From Octopus sinensis (lineage: Eukaryota), in assembly GCF_006345805.1 (NCBI RefSeq), contig NW_021825712.1, positions 1-14,827 of the forward strand: a stretch of 14,827 nt of DNA, given 5' to 3'. Positions 10,611 through 14,827 of this stretch are shown in pieces; the stretch's first letter is position 1; each line of letters begins with the position of its first letter. Under the pieces are notes generated by a model, which worked only from the letters and a program-made list of their open reading frames with translations, searched no databases and was not told where the DNA came from. The translations under genes and the position numbers were made by a program.

Positions 10611-10796
10611 GTATGTCTTCTCAGTCCGGAGATTCAATCAACGATAAGCGAAAATATCATGGCCTCCATAGTTTTTGCACATCAAAATTACAAAAAGAAT
10701 GTGAAAATAGTGGGCAAAATTCCATTGATATACAATATACAAATCAGTAAAGATGTGCCTGTTTAGATACAGAAACATGTGTATAATATCGTTTTA

Positions 10797-10968
10797 CATT
10801 TTTCACTCATTGCCATACGGTCATCTTGAGGCAGGGCCTTGATGAGATTTATTCGAACGAATCGACTGCAGTATTTACGTATTAAAGCACGGTATGCATT
10901 CTATCGGTCTGACATGGCAAGCCTGGCAAACCGCTACCTTACGGAAAATAAAACAACCAACATCGGTT
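10797..10968 (-). mobile_element. Diverged 3' half of a SINE of the 1725-2135 family
   Basis: Colinear similarity to 1735-1888, e.g. CCAACATCGGTT (10957-10968) vs CCACCATCGGTT (1877-1888). Confidence 0.6.
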
Positions 10969-11085
10969 CTTTATTGGGTGGAAAGACGAATATAAGCATA
11001 AAAACACGCCCCCTATATATATATATATAAATATATATAGACAGACACAAAGAGACAAATACACGCACACAGAGGCATATATATA

Positions 11086-11610
11086 TTTTCTTCTCTCCCT
11101 TTCTCTTGCTCCTCCTCCCTCCTCCCGTCGTTGACCCGCGACGAGACTTCCGCTACTGTCTTTTCTAGCTTGACCTTCTCAAGGTGTGGACGGCAATTCT
11201 TTTTGCTCCGTTCGTCGTTCACAGAAATCAGCGTTCGTAATACTTTTTTTCGTTCGGTGTTAACAGCCCTTCTTATCTTGTTTTTCCTTGTGTCTTTTAC
11301 TGCTTATATTTTGTACTGTCGTTACTGTCCTGTTTTTGTTACCATTTTTACCCCTCTGCGAAAAGATCTCAAATTTTAATTGATTTGCTTTTAGCAGGAA
11401 GGAAAGTTTCTTATCGAAGATACGTCTCGCCTTCACCTTCGGAACGTAGAGTAGATGAAACCATGGCGACTGAAGAAGGGTTTTTTTTCTTTGTGTTAAT
11501 TGTCTTGTACTCTATTTTTTTGTTGTTTAAAAAAATGTCCAGTTCCTTGGGTTTGTGTCTATGTTTTCGTTTCTCATTGTGTTCGACGTTTTTTTTGGTG
11601 TCCTGTACTC
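11086..11610. mobile_element. Unclassified T/C-rich, CpG-containing insertion inside the SINE's internal microsatellite
   Basis: A non-repetitive block bounded by (TA) runs separates two colinear halves of one SINE. Confidence 0.5.
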
Positions 11611-11688
11611 ATATATGTGTGTATATATACATGTAGAGGTTGGTACGTACATATATGTATATATATATATATGCATATGTTTTATTTA

Positions 11689-11721
<33 letters not shown>

Positions 11722-11725
<4 letters not shown>

Positions 11726-11850
11726 GATGGGCTTCGCTTCTTTCATGTTCCATCTACCGAATACATCCACAAATGTTTGGAAGGCCGGAGGCTATAGTAG
11801 AAGACTCGGTGCCACACTATGCAATTAAGTTGAGAAGACATCTACGCCTC
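11722..11850 (-). mobile_element. Diverged, internally deleted 5' half of the same SINE
   Basis: GAGGCTATAGTAGAAGAC (11788-11805) is identical to 2031-2048; ACGATGGGCTTC...CTTTCA matches 1972-1988. Confidence 0.7.
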
Positions 11851-12429
11851 TTATAAGACAGTTATGCCACTCTGTATATGTGTTTGTGTGGTTTTCTGTA
11901 AATACAAACACACACACACTCATAAATTATATTGTAAAAGTATTACTAAATTAAACTGCTGGCCTCCTCGTCTCCATTGATTTTACAATAAATTTTACAA
12001 TAAATTTAACTCTGCTCTCAGTATTATAACCGCCATTAGTAAATTGCATCGTTGTTATTTTGCAACTTCCTTGAAATAATAAGCTAAGTATAACACAGAC
12101 GCACTCACTCAGTCGGACAGGGCGACACACGTGTGTATATATATATCATATAAATGTACAGAGACTGAGGTGGTGAGAAGGGAAAGAGGAAGTTCACTCT
12201 TTAATCTAACTAGCTATTGTTGTGTGCAAGATAGAGCTAAAATATATCAAACTAAAATAGAAAACAATCGTTTAGTATATGTTATGGCCTAACATACCAA
12301 ATTGTCTATTTGGAGAAATTCTTAAATAGTATTTCCGAACTTCAATAAATAGAAATTTGATTACATGCAGTTGCAGTTTGCTAAACGTATCCATAAATAT
12401 ATCAGATTTTTAAATAAATGTATATATAT

Positions 12430-12640
12430 TGCTGTTGTTTAGCCACGGGTCAGCTATGATCGTAAAGATTTATTAACAATAGCGTTTGAACGGTGACCAG
12501 TCCATACGATTTTTCTCTTTTTTGTCAGACATGTTGAATCGAGCATTCTACTGTCCCGTAACGTCTTGCTTTATCCATAGATGGAAAGTTGTGGATTGAA
12601 GGAAATTTATCTGCTATTTTTAGCGTCTCATGCAATCACT
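12430..12640. mobile_element. Possible old interspersed repeat remnant
   Basis: GTTGTTTAGCCACGGGTCAGCTATGATCG and GAAATTTATCTGCTATTTTTAGC resemble a common octopus repeat as I recall it. No second copy in the window. Confidence 0.3.
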
Positions 12641-12764
12641 TAGAAGTTCCGCTATTGCTTTGAAACGTCCACCGGGTGCATGTATGTAAATTTTAGATTG
12701 TGTCAACTGCCATTTACCAACCAAAAATAGACACGTGACATCCAAACTGAATTCAAAGAAAAGT

Positions 12765-12966
12765 ATAATAATAATAATCTTTTCTACTATAGTCACAATG
12801 TCTGAAATTTGGGCATAAGGGGTTAATTGTTTTCCCCGACTGCAGTGCTAAACTGGTACTTAATTTATCGACACCAAAAGGATAAAAAAAGATAAACGAC
12901 CGCACTGGAATATGAACTCTGAGAGGAAAGACGGACGAAATGTCGCGAAGCACTTTGTCCGCCGCC
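12765..12966 (-). mobile_element. 5'-truncated tRNA-derived SINE (second family) with (ATT)n-ending tail
   Basis: GGTACTTAATTTATCGA is shared with 13808-14012 and 14013-14244. The tail CCCAAATTTCAGACATTGTGACTATAGTAGAAAAGATTATTATT matches the tail of 13808-14012. Confidence 0.8.
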
Positions 12967-13253
12967 ATTTAGAATAATATAATAGAATATGAGCTAGTCA
13001 TGACTGTCTGGTTTTTACCTACTAAGATTGAATTGGCCAATAAATGCTCTTCTTGTTTCAAAACAATCTTAGTAGGTAAAAACCAGACAGTCGTGATTAG
13101 CTGTATTCTATCATAGTATTCTAAATTACGCCGGACAAGGTGCTTCACGACATTTCGTCCGTCTTTAGTCTCAGAGTTCATATTCCGGTGCGGTCTATTT
13201 TTTTTTATCCTTTTGGTGTTGATAAATTAAGTACCAATTTACCACTGCAGTCG
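12837..13253. repeat. Long inverted repeat (arms 12837-13030 and 13064-13253, 33-nt loop)
   Basis: The innermost 29 bp are perfectly complementary (GACTGTCTGGTTTTTACCTACTAAGATTG / CAATCTTAGTAGGTAAAAACCAGACAGTC). Complementarity continues with scattered mismatches out to CGACTGCAGTG / CACTGCAGTCG. Confidence 0.95.
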
Positions 13254-13807
13254 ATGAACTGGCATGAGAAAATATGGTTGCTATTTCTAGCATATTACAG
13301 GATTAAATGGTGGATTCATAGATTCCGTAGAGGTACAGACAGTATCGTTTGTTTATATTAAAATTACAATTGATAAATCATTATTTATTCATAATATCCA
13401 TCTTTTGATTATGGTCTGTAGACCGAAGCAAATTTTGATATTTTCCTGTCTATGACATTAGTGAAATAGATTGAAACGTGTAAATCTTGAATATAGGAAA
13501 AAAGAAACTGCTATACGTGTAATAACTGATCGTTTATCTGCTATTAAACAACAGATTGGTTGTTTCAGATGCTGTTAGTTTGTTGCCAGCCCACTGCTTT
13601 TCCTGTGTGCATGACATTAGAGGAATTTATTGTAATGTTTAATTCTGTAGTATGGTTAAAAACAGACTGCTATGGGTAGAAATGTTTCACATCCATCAAT
13701 TATTAAACAAAATATGCAGGTTTCCATTGCTGGTCACTTGAGTTTAATGCTAACACGATAAAAAGAATTGGGAAAAGTTAAATTGCAGTTTATAGCTGTA
13801 TGATGTT

Positions 13808-14012
13808 TAATCATCCTTCCTACTCTAGGCTCAAGGCCTGAAATTTGGGTGGGAATGGATAAGTCGATTTCATCGACCCCAGTAGTAAATTGGTACTTAA
13901 TTTATCGATCACGAAAAGATGAAAAGTAAAGTCGACCTCAACAGAGATTGCACTCAGAGCGTAAAGACAAACGAAATACTGCCAAGCATTTCACCCGGCG
14001 TGCTGATGTTTC
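13808..14012 (-). mobile_element. SINE monomer (second family) lacking its first ~15 nt; tail of the ...CAGGCCTTGAGCCTAGAGTAGGAAGGATGATT type
   Basis: Head and body are colinear with 14077-14228; the 3' tail differs. Confidence 0.85.
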
Positions 14013-14244
14013 TTATTTCTTTATTGCCCACAGGGGGTTAAACATAGAGGGGACAAACAAGAACAGACAAATAGATTAAGTCGATTACATCGACCCCAGT
14101 GTGTAACTGGTACTTAATTTATCGACCCCGAACGGATGAAAGGCAAAGTCGACCTCGGTGGAATTTGAACTCAGAATGTAAAGACAAGCGAAATACTGCT
14201 AAGCATTTCACCCGGCGTGCTCACGTTTCCGCCAGGTCGTCGCC
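14013..14244 (-). mobile_element. Full-length tRNA-derived SINE (second family) with Meta/MESC-like central domain and Tx1-like 3' tail
   Basis: 5' GGCGACGACCTGGCGGAAACG, B-box-like GAGTTCAAATTCC (14160-14172), central GCCTTTCATCCGTTCGGGGTCGATAAATTAAGTACC, and tail ...CCCCTGTGGGCAATAAAGAAATAA. Confidence 0.88.
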
Positions 14245-14504
14245 TAATGTATCATGTTTAATAATGGTTATATAGAAGCTGTGTCTAAGTAAATGTATTG
14301 TCAAGGAGGTTCCATTCCTAAATATGCTTTTTGCACTAACGGGTACAGTTCCAGATAACAGCTGTAGCGGCTCGTCGTTATGCAGGCATGCCTTGGATAT
14401 TTTCAAACAGGCAGTAGTTTGAATACCTGGGTTGAATAAAACCGATTGATGCCACGAACAGCATTACAGAGAGAGAGGGGTAGAGGAAAGAAGAAGAACG
14501 GCAT

Positions 14505-14630
14505 GCATCTCTCTATATGTCTATCTATCTATGAATTTATTTGACAATCTATCTTACCTATTTACCTATCTCTCTGTCTATATATCTATATATCTGTCTA
14601 TCTATCTATATCTCTATATATAATATCTAC
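14505..14630. repeat. Degenerate (TATC)n/(TA)n microsatellite
   Basis: Directly visible. Confidence 0.85.
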
Positions 14631-14632
14631 AC

Positions 14633-14795
14633 ATTTTTTCTCTCTGTTTATTTTCGTTCTCTCCTCGTCATTTTCCCCCTCTCAATCTTCTCTGTCGAAG
14701 AGCGTAGGCTCGAAACGTCAAAGACATTTCCATTCTTCCCGGGCGTTAAACTAATACACCTGCTTGTTGTTCATAATTCACCTGTCTTCCTCTTA
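14633..14795 (+). mobile_element. Probable Penelope-like terminal repeat with hammerhead-like motif (copy 2)
   Basis: Homologous to 4722-4888; motif CTGTCGAAGAGCGTAGGCTCGAAACGTCAAAG at 14692-14723. Confidence 0.65.
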
Positions 14796-14827
14796 TGGCA
14801 AACTTCCACAGAGATTTTATCTACCAT

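Noticed and set aside
11350-11480. Hammerhead-like fragments (CTGCGAAAAG, CGGAACGTAGAG, CTGAAGA) in the unclassified insert
   Set aside because: They cannot be assembled into a core with proper helices.
12753-13361. Two similar ORFs on opposite strands (LRVHIPVRS...FYPFGVDKLST)
   Set aside because: A consequence of the inverted repeat over SINE sequence; not coding.
14270-14425. Complex sequence tested as the next (HExxH-bearing) astacin exon
   Set aside because: Phase-2 entry at the available AG sites hits stop codons, and no HExxH is present in the frames I read.

Overview
Eukaryotic, AT- and microsatellite-rich genomic DNA. The SINE families look like octopus (Octopus sp.) repeats; this is an inference from recalled sequence, not a database result. 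Most ORFs in the supplied track are artefacts of simple repeats. Supportable content: (1) small plus-strand GT-AG exons (5091-5155, 10374-10420, 10476-10610) that splice in frame into a divergent astacin (M12A)-like N-terminal catalytic segment, so most of the window is probably intronic; (2) two 5'-truncated, head-to-tail copies of an L1/Tx1-type LINE (zf-RVT region plus 3' UTR) inside a (TATC)n/(TA)n array, differing mostly at synonymous sites, which suggests independent microsatellite-targeted insertions; (3) several tRNA-headed SINEs, one with a 3' tail matching that LINE's 3' end (31/42 nt ungapped); (4) a fold-back inverted duplication with ~190-bp arms; (5) two copies of a Penelope-like terminal repeat with an atypical minimal hammerhead-like motif; (6) a decayed RTE-clade LINE end, a possible DNA-transposon end, a ~160-bp polypurine minisatellite and many microsatellites.
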